NCBI RefSeq assembly: GCF_006345805.1
Contig: NC_043008.1
Span: forward strand, 18,724,001 to 18,788,000
Source of the DNA: Octopus sinensis
Lineage: Eukaryota
Direction of reading: 5' to 3'
Length of the DNA: 64,000 nt
A model generated the notes under the pieces. That model saw nothing but the letters and a program-made list of their open reading frames with translations. It searched no databases and was not told the DNA's origin. The position numbers were made by a program, and so were the translations under genes. This document shows, in pieces, positions 40,273-54,089 of this stretch. Positions within the stretch are counted from its first letter, which is position 1, and the number at the start of each line of letters is the position of its first letter.

Positions 40273-40452
40273 TCGTCTGCCGCTACGTTCTGAGTTCAAA
40301 TTCCGCTGAGGTCGACTTTGCCTTTCATCCTTTCGGGATCGATTAAATATAAGTACCAGTTACGCACCGGGGTCGATATAATCGACTTAATCCGTTTGTC
40401 TGTCCTTGTTTGTCCCCTCTGTGTTTAGATCCTTGTGGGCAATAAAGAAATA
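40273..40452 (+). mobile_element. SINE family A, headless young unit inside (TA)n
   Basis: Starts at TCGTCTGCCGCTACG and ends ...GCAATAAAGAAATA. Confidence 0.9.
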
Positions 40453-40456
40453 TATA

Positions 40457-40517
<61 letters not shown>

Positions 40518-41129
40518 AGAATATTATTCCAAACTTACAGTGAAAAATTCAATTTAGAAATACTAAATCAAATTTCACAAAATATTTCACAAAAAGGTGG
40601 GTTTTTATATATATCGCTAAGTTACGGTTTCTTTAATGCCACCGCATTTTCTTCTCTTTTGGTTCTGGTCCTTGCTTTCATTCTGCCACATGTAGGCAGA
40701 TATACTACATCAGTATTATGTCTTCTGCCTACATGTGAGTTACGGACATTTTCGTTCCACAATAAATCAAACAAACAATTAGTGTTCTCTAACTTGTACC
40801 GGTACAAACTACTTAATTCCTCTCATTAATACATTGGAGAATTAACAAATATGGTTATCATAGCAGTGTGATATTAATTATAAGTGAATTGTAGCTGTTG
40901 ACATATTACGTAATTTAGATTTAATTAAGTCTGAACCCAGCTGTTAAACTCCACTTTATGTCTTAACATTTTATTTCCGAGAAGCAGAGTAATATTCAGA
41001 TATAATAATTGGGTCTTCTAATCCGCAAAATATGGTCTCCATTTGCCCACACAGTGACAATATTTCCAGTTTTTGTTTGACACTTTGAATAGTTGAACCC
41101 AAGTAATACGTTTTGTAATTAAATCTTCA

Positions 41130-41283
41130 TAGGCTGTGTGGTGAGTAGCTTGCTTACCAACCACATGGGTTCAGACCCTCTGCGTGGTACCTTGGGCAAG
41201 TGTCTTCTGCTACAGCCTTGTGAGTGGATTTGGTAGACGGAAACTGAAAGCAGTCCGTCGTGTATATGTGTGTATATATATAA

Positions 41284-41327
<44 letters not shown>

Positions 41328-41590
41328 TGTGTGTGTGGCTGTGTGTATATTTATGAATATATGTGTGTACATGTTTGTGTGTCTCTTTTTGCCCTCCCCC
41401 AACATCACTTGACAACCAATGCTGGTGTGTTTACGTCCCCGTAACTTAGCGGTTAAGCAAAAGTGACCGATAGAATAAGTACTAGGCTTACAAAGAATAA
41501 GTCCTGGGGTCGATTTGCTCGACTAAAAGGTGGTGCTCCAGCGTGGCCACAGTCAAATTACTGAAGTAAGTAAAAGAGTAAAAGAGAGTG
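41130..41590 (+). mobile_element. SINE family B, full-length
   Basis: Colinear with 3631-4066. Confidence 0.88.
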
Positions 41591-42479
41591 TATAATGTCA
41601 GATCTCAAGCCAAGCTATTTCGTCAATCAGGTTTACGTATCGTTCTCATCACACTCATTCTTTTATTATAACAAAAACTCACCTGCCAAATCCCAGGCTA
41701 ATATCACCGGGTAAATCAAACACAAAATAATTTTCTTGATTTTTATCCTCTTCAGATAAATTCTTACGGTTTGCTAAACATCAAATATGTTTATCGAATC
41801 TATTTCACAAATTTTGACTTAAATAAGTTCATAAATATTGCACCTCCTTGTCATCACTTTCTTCCTCAACCTCACTCATTAAAAACTACGTTCCTTCAAG
41901 CGTCAGCAGATTTAGTATTCTTAAGAAAGGCATAAAATGCTCAATTTCCCATTTCCTATGTATCTATCCTGGAGGTTTGGTTAGAGTCGTTACAGTGCTA
42001 GAGAGAATTCCCAAGGTGTTAGTTCCAACACATTCTTCATCAAGATCAAATCCTTCTCAGGACAAATTTGTTTTTCCATAGCTTGGGTCGACAGAAGCGT
42101 ACCAATAACAATCCAGGGTGGAGGAATAGCGTAATTGTTAGGACTGCCGACCCGTACCTTTCGGTGTTGTTCCTACTCTTTGCATCCTATGTTCAAAATC
42201 TCGCCTTGGCTTATTTGAGTAGATATTTTAATTCATCACCATTCTTAAGGGCACCATCTGGTAACATGGGTTTCTTTAGCAGCGATTATTGCAAGCATTT
42301 CTGCCAGTTCTCTTGTCTGATAATACTTACCAATTTGATTCCGACCAGTTTGGAAATCCTCTAGGGTCAATAGCAATCTTTTCCTCTTTAATAAAGATTG
42401 AAATAAGAATCAACTTTTGCGGGGAAAAGGTAAGGTTGTGGATACATCTTTTGCCGAATAGATACGTTATGGGAATGTA

Positions 42480-42952
42480 AAGAAACCAACACCGGTTGTC
42501 AAGCGTTAGAGTAACAAACATGAATGCAAAAACACAGGCACGCACACATAGATATATATGCGACTGGCTTCCGCACAGTTTCCGTCAACGAAATTTATTC
42601 ACAAGGCATTTATCGGCCCAGGCCCATAGCAGAAGACATTATCCCAATGCGGTGCGCAGATATACTAAATCAGAAACCACGTGGTAGCAACATGAGATTC
42701 TTAACTACATAGCCATGTCTGCGCTTCTGTATACGTGTTTACTCATTTACTCTTTTACTTGTTTCAGTCATTTGACTGTGGCCATGCTGGAGCACCGCCT
42801 TTAGTCGATCGAGCAAATCGACCCCAGGACTTATTCTTTGTAAACCTAGTATTTATTCTATCGGTCTCTTTTGCGGAACCGCTAAGCATCGGTTGTCAAG
42901 CGATGTTGGGGGTACAAACACAGACACGCAAAGAAATACACACACATACATA

Positions 42953-43019
<67 letters not shown>

Positions 43020-43260
43020 TATATATATGTATATAATTATATCGTTATGTTTATGTTTAAAACAAGCCTTCTGTAGTTTTTTCACATTTTACTATTATAT
43101 ATATATATATACGACGGGCTTCTTTCAGTTTCCGTCCACTCACAAGGACTTGGTCGGCCTGAGGCTATAGTAGAAGACACTTGCCCAAGGTGCCGCACAG
43201 TGGGACTGAACACGGAACCATGTGGTTGGTAAGCAAGCTATTTACCATACAGCCTCTCCT
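42480..43260 (-). mobile_element. SINE family B copies/fragments; 42745-43260 forms a near full-length copy around a TA array
   Basis: Reverse complement of the family B tail, microsatellite and head. Confidence 0.8.
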
Positions 43261-44289
43261 ATTCACTATCAGCCTTGTATATAAGTGGGTTTTTTTTTGT
43301 TTTTTGTTTCCCTGTTACAATATACGTCATCGTAGACTAGATTCTTTTTAAAATGGCGGAATGTCCATAAACTCTTCACTCTCACATAACCCCAGATATG
43401 TCAAGAGACGTAGAAGTGAGATACGATTATACATTTGTCTGTCTTAAAGATATTAGTGAAAAATTTCGTTTAAGTATCTTTGGACAAGAGCTTGCCACAA
43501 CACTACAACAGCCTGCATTAATAATGTAGAAATATCAAACAATATACTAAGAGTACTTTCCTCTCCAAAGAGAATTATATTTCCAAGAAAACACTAGTAA
43601 TTACGATATTTGTGTATAAAAAAATCATTTTCGAAAAAAAATACAAAAATGAATGTATTCAAAATGTGGCGATGGTTTTCTGAAGTAGATTTCTATAAAC
43701 ACTTGACAAAGAAAGTAATTATTATGAATGATAAGATTTCAAAGAATTGCATGATTTTTTCTTTATTTCTTTACTTATAGCCTCCTGTTTTATTTTATTT
43801 TTTCTTATTTTCTGTCGTTGCTTTTTTTTTTTAACTCTGTGTTATATAGTTGATGAGCCAATTAAAAGATTTATTCAGTTGTAATAGAAATTTTATTGGT
43901 TCGGCAATTAAAGTGGATTTTATAAGTTGCATTCTGAGACTCATAATAGCCGTCAAAATCTATAGAGTTTGTCTCGTTAGTTAAAGAAGTTCTGAGGTTC
44001 CTAAGATAGAGAATTTGGCCTGATGCGTTTTAAATTAGAATCGTTTTAATCATGCCAGCAAAATATGAGATTTGTTGGGCCGAATCAACAATGCCTTTTC
44101 ATTAACATTTTGAACACAATTTTACGTAGGTTACCAGTTTATCACTCTTGATATATACACAAATCATAGAAACTAATAGTTTTATTTATTTATATATTTA
44201 TTTATTTCAAAAATGCATCTATGCTTCAATTACTTATTTTGATAATGCCTGGAGTGTTATGCAGTTCTCAATATTATAAATCCTTATAA

Positions 44290-44732
44290 GGCGGCGAGCT
44301 GGCAGAAGCGTTAGCACGCCAGGCGAAATATTTTGCCTTTCCATCCTTTCAGAAGTCGATAAATCAAGAACCAGTTGCGTACTGACTTTCACCCTTTCGG
44401 GATCGGTACATTAAGTACCAGTGAAACACTGGGGTTGATGTAATCGACTATCTCTCCCCTTCAAAATTTCAGGCTTTTTGCCTGTAGGAAAAAGGATTAT
44501 TTAACTGACTGGCAAGGCGGCGAGCTGGCAAAATCGTTACCACGGCAGATACAGCTTCAGCGGAGTTTTGCCCGACTTTACGTTCCGAGTTCAAATTCCG
44601 CCGATTTCGAATTTGCCTTTTATCTTTTCGTGGTTTATGAAATAAGTACCAGTTGAGTACTGGGATCGATGAAATCACTTAGCCCCTTTCCCCAAATTTC
44701 CAAGCTTTGTGCCTATAGTAGAAAACATTATT
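44290..44732 (+). mobile_element. Two tandem SINE-A copies (older tail type)
   Basis: Heads GGCGGCGAGCTGGCA at 44290 and 44516. Confidence 0.85.
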
Positions 44733-44734
44733 TA

Positions 44735-45187
44735 ACCTCGGCGGAATTTGAACTCAGAATGTAAAGACAGACGAAATACCTATTTCTATTTCTTTACTAC
44801 CCACAAGGGGCTAAAGAGAGAGGGGAGAAACAAGGACAGACAAACAGATTAAGTCAATTACATCGACCTCAGTGCGGAACTGGTACTTATTTAATCGACC
44901 CTGAAAGGATGAAAGGCAAAGTCGACCTTGGCGGAATTTCAACTCAGAACGCAGCGGCAGACGAAATACCTATTTCTTTACTACCCACAAGGGGCAAAAC
45001 ACAGAGAGGACAAACACGGACAGACAAACGGATTAAGTCGATTATATCGACCCCAGTGTGTAACTGGTACTTATTTAATCGACCCTGAAAGAATGAAAGG
45101 CAAAGTCGACCTCGGTTGAATTTGAACTCAGAACGTAACGGCGGACGAAATATGGTTATGCATTTCGCCCGGCGTCAGCTTGCCGCC
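44735..45187 (-). mobile_element. SINE-A concatemer (diverged head, two young units, truncated old unit)
   Basis: Junctions read GAAATAGGTA|TTTCGTC on the element strand. Confidence 0.88.
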
Positions 45188-45239
45188 TTAAGATGAGTTG
45201 AATATTGTAGCACAAGACGTATTATTTTTGACTGAAAAT

Positions 45240-45570
45240 AATGGCACTCCGTCAGTTACGACGATGAATGATCCAGTCAATTCGATCAACGGAACAGCCT
45301 GCTCGTGAACTTAACTTGCAAGTGGCTGAGTACTCCACAGAAGTGCGTACGCATACAAGGCTCTCATGGGAGATTCAGTGTGACACAGTATGTGACAAAG
45401 CTGGAGCTATGAAGTAGAGGTTCTACTCATTTTTGCCAGCTAAGTTTCTTGCAAGAACGTGAAATAAAGCGTCTCGTTCAGGGACACACGGCAGCGCCGG
45501 AATTTGAACTCACGACCTTACGATCGTCAGCCGGATACCGTAACCACTAAGCCACGCGTCCCCACTATCT
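45240..45570 (-). mobile_element. SINE family C (subtype ending GTCGTAAC(C/T)GACGGAGTGC)
   Basis: Colinear with 58820-59185 and 55110-55430. Confidence 0.85.
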
Positions 45571-45879
45571 GAAAAAAAAAAAAAAGGGTCTGTGTCTGTA
45601 TGAAAAGCATTGGATACGGAGGTTCTTTAATGAAGGTTTATCTGGCGCTTAACGACGACGACGACGACAACAAAGACAACAACTTGTTTTCTGCTAAACC
45701 GAATTGTGTTCGGGTAAGATTTCGACCAGGATCGAACACCTTTGATATAATATGAAATCAAGGCTCTTGAGGTAAACGGATAATTGTTTTATTCATTCGT
45801 CAACTCGCCCTTGTTGCGATTACAGCATAAATAGTAAGATGCTGGCGTGATAACGGGACGACGATGGCGACGACGACAA

Positions 45880-46635
<756 letters not shown>

Positions 46636-46979
46636 ATAAGACGCTGATGGACGGATGTGTTAAGAGAAACGGCTTCTGTCGGTGAAAAACACTTTAAAAC
46701 TTTAGGTTAGATCCATATGATGCAAGTCACTTTCCTTTGATGACACGAATGGCAAGCTGGTCAAAGAACGGTAATTCGTTGCCAACATATTGGCGCGTAA
46801 TCAAATCTATAATTACTGGCCAGTAACCAATTATTAAATAGAAGTTATACAGCGAGAAAACGCGCGCGCGCGTGTAGGGTTTGCAGATAGAAATATCTGT
46901 ATGGGTGTGCATTCGCGAATGGCCACCGCGTATGTGTTTGTGTGTGTGGCTGCTGGTGAGTGCGTATGTATATCTGTAG

Positions 46980-47041
46980 GTAGTAAGTATGTATGAACAC
47001 CTGTATGTACATATGTATGAATATCTGTAGGTACACATGTA

Positions 47042-47083
<42 letters not shown>

Positions 47084-47413
47084 GTGTGTGTGGGTGTGTG
47101 TCTGTGTGTGTATGTATGTATATACATATATACATATATATATATATATGTATATATATGTATGTATATACATATACATATATGTATCTCCATATATATA
47201 TGTGTATGTATATATACATATACATATATGTGTGTGTTTCTGAGTGTGTAAATACGTGCATGTGCATATATACCTGAATGTATGCGTGAGTTTTTGTGTG
47301 TGTATATATATATATATATGTGTGTGTGAGTGTGTGTGTGTGTATGTATGTATGTATGTATATATATATATATATGAGTGTGGGTGTGTGCACATATATA
47401 TATACATACATAC

Positions 47414-47464
<51 letters not shown>

Positions 47465-47564
47465 CGAATGTTTGTAAATGTGTACATGTATATATATATA
47501 AATATAATGCGTGCGCGTTTCTATGAAGGTATGGATATATATATATATATATAAATAAATAAAT

Positions 47565-47635
<71 letters not shown>

Positions 47636-47645
47636 TATATATATA

Positions 47646-47720
<75 letters not shown>

Positions 47721-48797
47721 TACATGTTTATATGTGTGTATGTATAAGAATGTATGTATATATGTGGGCGTGCGTGTGTGTGCATGTGTGTGAATGTATG
47801 GGTTGGGGCGGTTGTGGACGTGTGTGTGTGTGTGTGTGTGAGTATTTAGAAGCCTTTGACGCATTATCTTACAGAAATTTCGTTAAGAAGAACAAGAATC
47901 ATGCAACTTGTCGTTTCCTTTATTTGCCAAATGAAAGAAATAAACAAAATTAAATAACGAAAAATAAAGAAGAGATAAAAAAAAAAAGAAGCATTACTTT
48001 TTCTTGTAGGAATGTTTCAAACGTAAATAATTTGCTATTTGTAGGCGTCATAATAGTTATTGTTGCTTTGGATATTGTTGCTGTTTGTTTTTGTGGGGGT
48101 TTTTTCTCCCTCCCCCCCCCATGACATTGTTGCTATTGCTGTTGTTGTTGTTGTTGTGGTGGTGGTGTTGGTGATGGTGTTGGTGTTGATGGTGGTTGTT
48201 TATCGAACTATTACGGTATCGCTAGAGATGCGTAGTTAAAACAGCGCTGCGATATTGCTATATAAATGTTTTATATGTGTGTGTATTATTATATATTTAT
48301 TATTTCGTGCTATGATCAGAGAATTTTATGATTCCTGAATTTTCTATTTGCTTGGCTCAGATTTCCATATTTCACACACGTACACACACACACACACTGG
48401 GAGCGTGTGCACATACATGCACGCAGGCATACACACACTCGCACATACACGCATATATATCTGAATATATGTATATATTTACATATGCATACAAATATAC
48501 GAGTGTATATAGGGATATATCTTTACATCTATATACCTGTATATCTAATACATATTAAAAACACACAGACATATACACACATACACTCATACACACACGC
48601 ACATACACACACACACACACATATCAATGCATGTATGTATTTATGTATGTAGTAAAGTATATTTATATATATTTTACATTTATATATATATATATAGATA
48701 TATATATATATATATATATATACAGTATGTATTTATAAAAGTATATATCGCTTATGTACGTATATTTGTATAATATACATGAATATATTTCATATAT

Positions 48798-48835
<38 letters not shown>

Positions 48836-48946
48836 GGTATGCATTGTATATATGTGGTGTTTATATATGAATACATATGTATGTGTGTATATATATTTAT
48901 ATATATATATATATATAATATATATATATATATATACATATATATA

Positions 48947-48987
<41 letters not shown>

Positions 48988-49040
48988 TGTGGTGTTGTAT
49001 ATGCGTGTCCGTCTGTGCATGCGTGTCTGCCCGCCGCTTG

Positions 49041-49094
<54 letters not shown>

Positions 49095-49100
49095 TGTGTT
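46980..49100. repeat. TA/TG/CA microsatellite cluster
   Basis: Direct reading (46980-47840, 48380-48960, 49030-49100). Confidence 0.9.
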
Positions 49101-51013
49101 TGCTTTCTGCTGGCATGCTGTATTGTATTTCCTACTGAGATGAATTCATTCGAATTAGTGGCTTCGAAAATACAAAAAAGAAGACAATAGGCAAATATTT
49201 TTAATAATTTACTTGATAAATATTGATAAGAATTTCGCTGATTAGCAAGCATGTTATTTTCCATATAGATTATCTTTAAAACACAGTGAGGAATTTTGGT
49301 TAATTATGTGTTGTTTAGTGGCAAAATCTTTTGTGTTACCGATTACCCCCCCCCCTCAACTTCGATTCTTAGGATTCATAAGGCTGATTTATTTGGTTTC
49401 CATGGTGTATAATTGAGCGAGACTACAACAATCAGCTCCGAATGAGAGGCCGGTCCGTTCCAGCATTGAAACCAGAAATTTTGACGCAACCTGGTGATGC
49501 TTTGTGTCCTTGAGCAAAACACTTCATTTCTCGTTGATGAAGTCCACTCAGCTGGCAAACGAGAGTAATTCTGTGACGGACTGGCGTCCTATCCAGGTGG
49601 GTAGTATTAAATATGCCATGGGAGATATCCCTATGTGTCTATATGATTTGGGAAGGAACGTTAGTTTTCTTTACTTAACATTGTGAAAGTCTCTCGGACT
49701 GCTTTATCTAAAGTGTTCCTCCTTTATTAATATGTAGGGTGTGATTCGAAGGACATTTGGCTGTTATTTCAAACAGTTCCAATAATAAAGCTTAAAGTTC
49801 CCAAATACTGAGATCGAAATTATGAACTCTACTTTTCTTAAAAATCTCTAACTTTGTACTTATTTCTAACTTATATGACGTAAACAGGTATGGCAAACTG
49901 CCAAACCGAATCCCTTTTATGTTTCAAGTTCAAATCGTGATGAAGTCTTCGTGCTTTTATATATATTCATGAGATCGATCAAAAAGTAAGTACCTCTAAA
50001 GAATTGGGATCTAGTCTAAGAGATCGATTGCATTCTTCATTCCGAAAAGGAATAATGAACTTAAGCCACAGTAAGAAATCAATATTATTTATAAGTGATT
50101 AAGATCATAAAGCAGCAGGTAAGCTCTCAACAAGTCTAGACAGAGATGGAGATCTGGTTTCAATTTCCGGTGGAAATCATATCATTTTAATTTAACTTGC
50201 TTCTCTTTGCAATGTGTATTCGTGTATATTACTGATGCATAATTTAGTGACCGGAAAATAATAAAAGTGATGTCCAAGAAGTGTTTGTACTAAGAAAGTC
50301 GATGGAGAGATGAGACTAAATACTCTTAAGATATTTCCTCCCACATTCTAGCTTTGCTGCCAATGGACAGCAATAAGTTGGCAAATTATATTGAGAAAGA
50401 TAATCTCTGTAGTGTATTAAATATAATTAGCTTCATACTTCGTACCATCAATCTTAGCCTTTCATCACACTGTGTCATTGATAAATTTAATATCAGTAAG
50501 AGTATAAATCGTTTTATTCAACTATAAGACAACAAAGATTCACAGTCGCAAACGAGTCAATTACAAGGACAGTTTGTTGCAGAATGTAAGACATCAATGT
50601 GGCAGCAGATACTATCGTGTTTGTACACATTGGAGATCTGGTTTCTATTTCGAGAGACACCTACAACATTTACTGACTTAGTTAATGTATTTATCGAAAG
50701 AAATAGCACGAAATCCAATAAATTCACGTCTCCTCGCTAAAATTATTTATCATCGCATCTTAAACTAAAATCATTAATGTTCGAAAGAAGGAAAAAAAAA
50801 AAGAGACTATATGGTTAATTGAAATGCCAAAAATAGCAGTTAATTTCCCCTAAATTTCATACTATCGTCTTCCAGAGTGATATATATATTATATAGTTAT
50901 AAATGTATCCCATAGCAGTCTTTACTACGGATGGCGTTGTATATTATTTTAGCAAGGTCACCAATTTTCTGCTCCTTGATTGCACGAATATATGTATATA
51001 CAATTGTATTGAA

Positions 51014-51244
51014 GGCGGCGAGCTGGCAGAAATGTTGGCACGCCGGGCGAAAATGCGTAGTCGTATTTCGTCTGCCGTTATGTTCTGAGTTCAAATTCCG
51101 CCGAGGTTGATTTTGCCTTTCAGCCTTTCGGGGTCGATATATTAAGTACTAGTTACGCACTGAGGTCGATATAATCGATTTAATGCGTTTGTCTGTCCTT
51201 GTTTGCCCTCTCTGTGTTTAGCCCATTGTGGGCAGTAAAGAAAT
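51014..51244 (+). mobile_element. SINE family A, young full-length
   Basis: Near-identical to 11526-11760. Confidence 0.9.
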
Positions 51245-51469
51245 ATATATATATATACATTTGTATTTATTCAATATGTGAGGGTTTGTAGTTGTGCGTG
51301 TGTGTATGTGTTTCCGTTCACACTAGGCAAATAAGGACTGGTGCAGTTATTTATATTCAGAGCTAAAAGGGTCGGTTTAAAGGTAAATCGTTAAAATATG
51401 AAGCAATTTAAACGTGGTGTACCACCTTGTCAAATGATTTCAGCCAGTAAAACTCTGTACGTGAGAGAG

Positions 51470-51860
51470 GGTGCGTGTATGTGTGCGTGGGAGTGTGTTC
51501 GTGTGGATGCGTGTGTGGCTGTGGTTGCTTATGTGCGTGTATGTGTGTGCATGTGTGTGCGTGTGTGTGTGTCGTGCATGTGTGAGTGCGTGTGTGAGTG
51601 CGTGTGTGCATGCGTGTCGTGTGTATGAGCGTGTGCATGCGTGCATGTGTGTGCGTGCATGTGTGTGTGTGCGTGCATGTGTGTGTGTGCGTGCATGTGC
51701 GTGCGTGCATGTGTGTGCGTGTGTGCATGTGTGTGCGGGTTTGTGTGTGTGTATGTGTGTGTGTGCGTGCATGTGTGTGTGTGCGTGCATGTGCGTGCGT
51801 GCATGTGTGTGCGTGTGTGCATGTGTGTGCGGGTGCGTGTGTGTGTGTGTATGTGTATTT
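51470..51860 (+). repeat. (GT)n/GTGCAT compound array with higher-order repeats
   Basis: Direct reading. Confidence 0.95.
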
Positions 51861-52009
51861 GCGTGTGTATGAAGGTGCGTGGCCTAGTGATCAGGATGTT
51901 GCACTCGTGACCTCCAGCTGGAGATTTATGCAGTTGATTCGTTCGAACTTTAATCTATTCATCTAGAACTGATTTTTAAATAATGTGTTTATAAGATATC
52001 GATCTAATA

Positions 52010-52430
52010 GAGCACGTGGTTAAAGAGCTCACCTTATAACCACGTGATTTCCGGTTCGTTCTCATCGCACGGAACTTTAAACAAGTGTCTACTACTATAA
52101 ATCCATGAGAACCAATTCCTTGTGAGTGACTGAACTAGACGGAAACTGTAAGAAGCTCGTTATATATATATATATATTTGTATGTGTGTGTGTGTGTGTG
52201 TGTGTCCGTCTGTCTGTGTATATGTCTATATGTGTCTCCATATATGTGTGTTTAGCAACCCAGCAACCGGTATGCTTACTTCCCCATGACTTAGCGATTC
52301 GGATGACTGACCGATAGAATATATACGAGACTTAAAAGAAGCACAAAGCGTCGATTTGTTCGATTTAAATTTTCAAGGCGGTGCCACATCATGGCCTCAG
52401 TCCAATGTCTGAGACAATTCAAAAATAAAA
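52010..52430 (+). mobile_element. SINE family B, diverged full-length
   Basis: CAAGTGTC.ACTACTATA...CTTGTGAGTG...GACGGAAACTG...[TA/TG]...GACTTAGCGATTCGG...GGCGGTGCCAC. Confidence 0.75.
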
Positions 52431-52933
52431 GATAAATCACAACACTTTACCAACAAAAATTATTGGCAATATAACATCAAACCTCAATCTATTTTGATAT
52501 TCAACTTGACCTTATTCCACGCAAATATTCTTACCCGTCAATAGACACCTCTGAACACACTGTACCTATCTTTAGTTCATTTGCTGCGCCTACAAGTCGA
52601 TGACTGATTTCTTGTTCTCTGACATAAAACTTCTAATAGTCAATTATTGGATTGCTCTAAATGAGTCATTCTTCCGTATTGATTGGAATTTAATTCTTTC
52701 TTAGGAAAATGTGCAAACTTAATTGGCATAGTTTCAAAACAATTTATTTTCATATGCTCTGATGTCATTCCCACGAAAACAGTCTAGTAACCGCTTACCT
52801 ACAAATAATTCTCTTGCTATATTATAAACTGACAAGGCTAGAACTTAGAAACAATATGTATCTGACAAATTGAATAGTTTCTATTTTACTTTTGCCAAAG
52901 TCAGAAAACAACATCGTGGTGGCGTAGGATTCA

Positions 52934-53372
52934 ATATATCGGATCTTTTCGGTTTGAACGGCAGTTTTTTTCTAGCGGTGTCATATGAAATTCTCACCCA
53001 TAATTATGACCCTAGTATCGATCTATGGCATTTCAATCTATTTTAGGGTTAGGGTTAGTTAGGGTTAGGGGTGGGGGAAGGTTATCTTTTTTTTCTTCAC
53101 AAATGTAAATAAACCCAATCTGTTTCTTAAACGAGCGACATACACATACGGCAGAGAATGTTTTCACCTCAATAGACTGTCATTGATTGGTTGAAATTGT
53201 CGAAATGCAAGAACTTAAAGACCAACTATCTTACAAACTATAGAATTTTCTCAAGAAAGCCAAGAGAAAAAGATGTTTTATAAACATTCTACCAGTATAC
53301 GAAGTTTAAATTTTTTTGTTTCCTAGAAATTATGTTAAAAACTGCCGTTCAAACCGAAAAGATCCGATATAT
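52934..53372. mobile_element. Young TIR MITE with internal TTAGGG-like repeats
   Basis: Perfect ~35-bp inverted repeats ATATATCGGATCTTTTCGGTTTGAACGGCAGTTTT; TTAGGGTTAGGGTTAGTTAGGGTTAGGG near 53043-53070. Confidence 0.9.
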
Positions 53373-53824
53373 CTACTCATTTCTTGTTGCCAGTACGACA
53401 CGATCAGCAGAATGAAATGAACTCTAAAAATTGACACAAGTTAGCGAAATATGTGGGCCTTGGTGAAAAAGATTTCCAGAAGAAAGAAGAAGAAAGAAGA
53501 CATGGGCCCAACACCAGAGCTGAAGACACCTCCGAAAGGGCGAAGGGCCGCCACATCAAAACGGTAGGGGAGTAGGGGCCGAAACCGGACGTGGTTCCTC
53601 CTGATGATGTCTTGAGCTAACTGGATCCTATAAAGGAGCTGTTGTGGTAGCAGACCACGAAACACGGTTGAAATTCCTCAGTTCGTATTCTTCCTATTAG
53701 CTATAAAAACATTAGCCCCTACATGTCCACATACAAAGGTTAATATATACAATAATTACTTCTAAAAGAACCACCAGATCTTCAACGTTCCCTAGATTCT
53801 CAAATCGTATTGATAACTTTTGTC

Positions 53825-54085
53825 GGATATTTTCTTTTCCGTTCAGGATATTGAAGGAATTTTACGCTTGCTTGACTTGCTCCAAGTTTACTGGGCCGAT
53901 AGCATTCAGACTTTATTCTATTTTGCTGCAGTTCACTGTCCACACATTATTATGTTTACTATTCCGCCAATCAATTATTCAAGGTATAATTCCTGCTGAG
54001 TGGAAAGTCTATTGTTGTTGTACAAATATAAAACGTAGTAAACACGACACTAACAATTTCAAATTTCGCTCAATTACCTCAAAAA
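53825..54085 (+). mobile_element. CR1/L2-type LINE ORF2 fragment (region upstream of the RT core)
   Basis: SKFTGP...LFRQSIIQGIIPAEWK...K...NNF.FRSIT matches KS.GPD.I...LFN.S...G.VP..WK.A...K....NYRPIS. Confidence 0.7.
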
Positions 54086-54089
54086 TTAA

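Noticed and set aside
53043-53070. Telomere or chromosome-fusion remnant
   Set aside because: Only about four degenerate units, lying inside a MITE.
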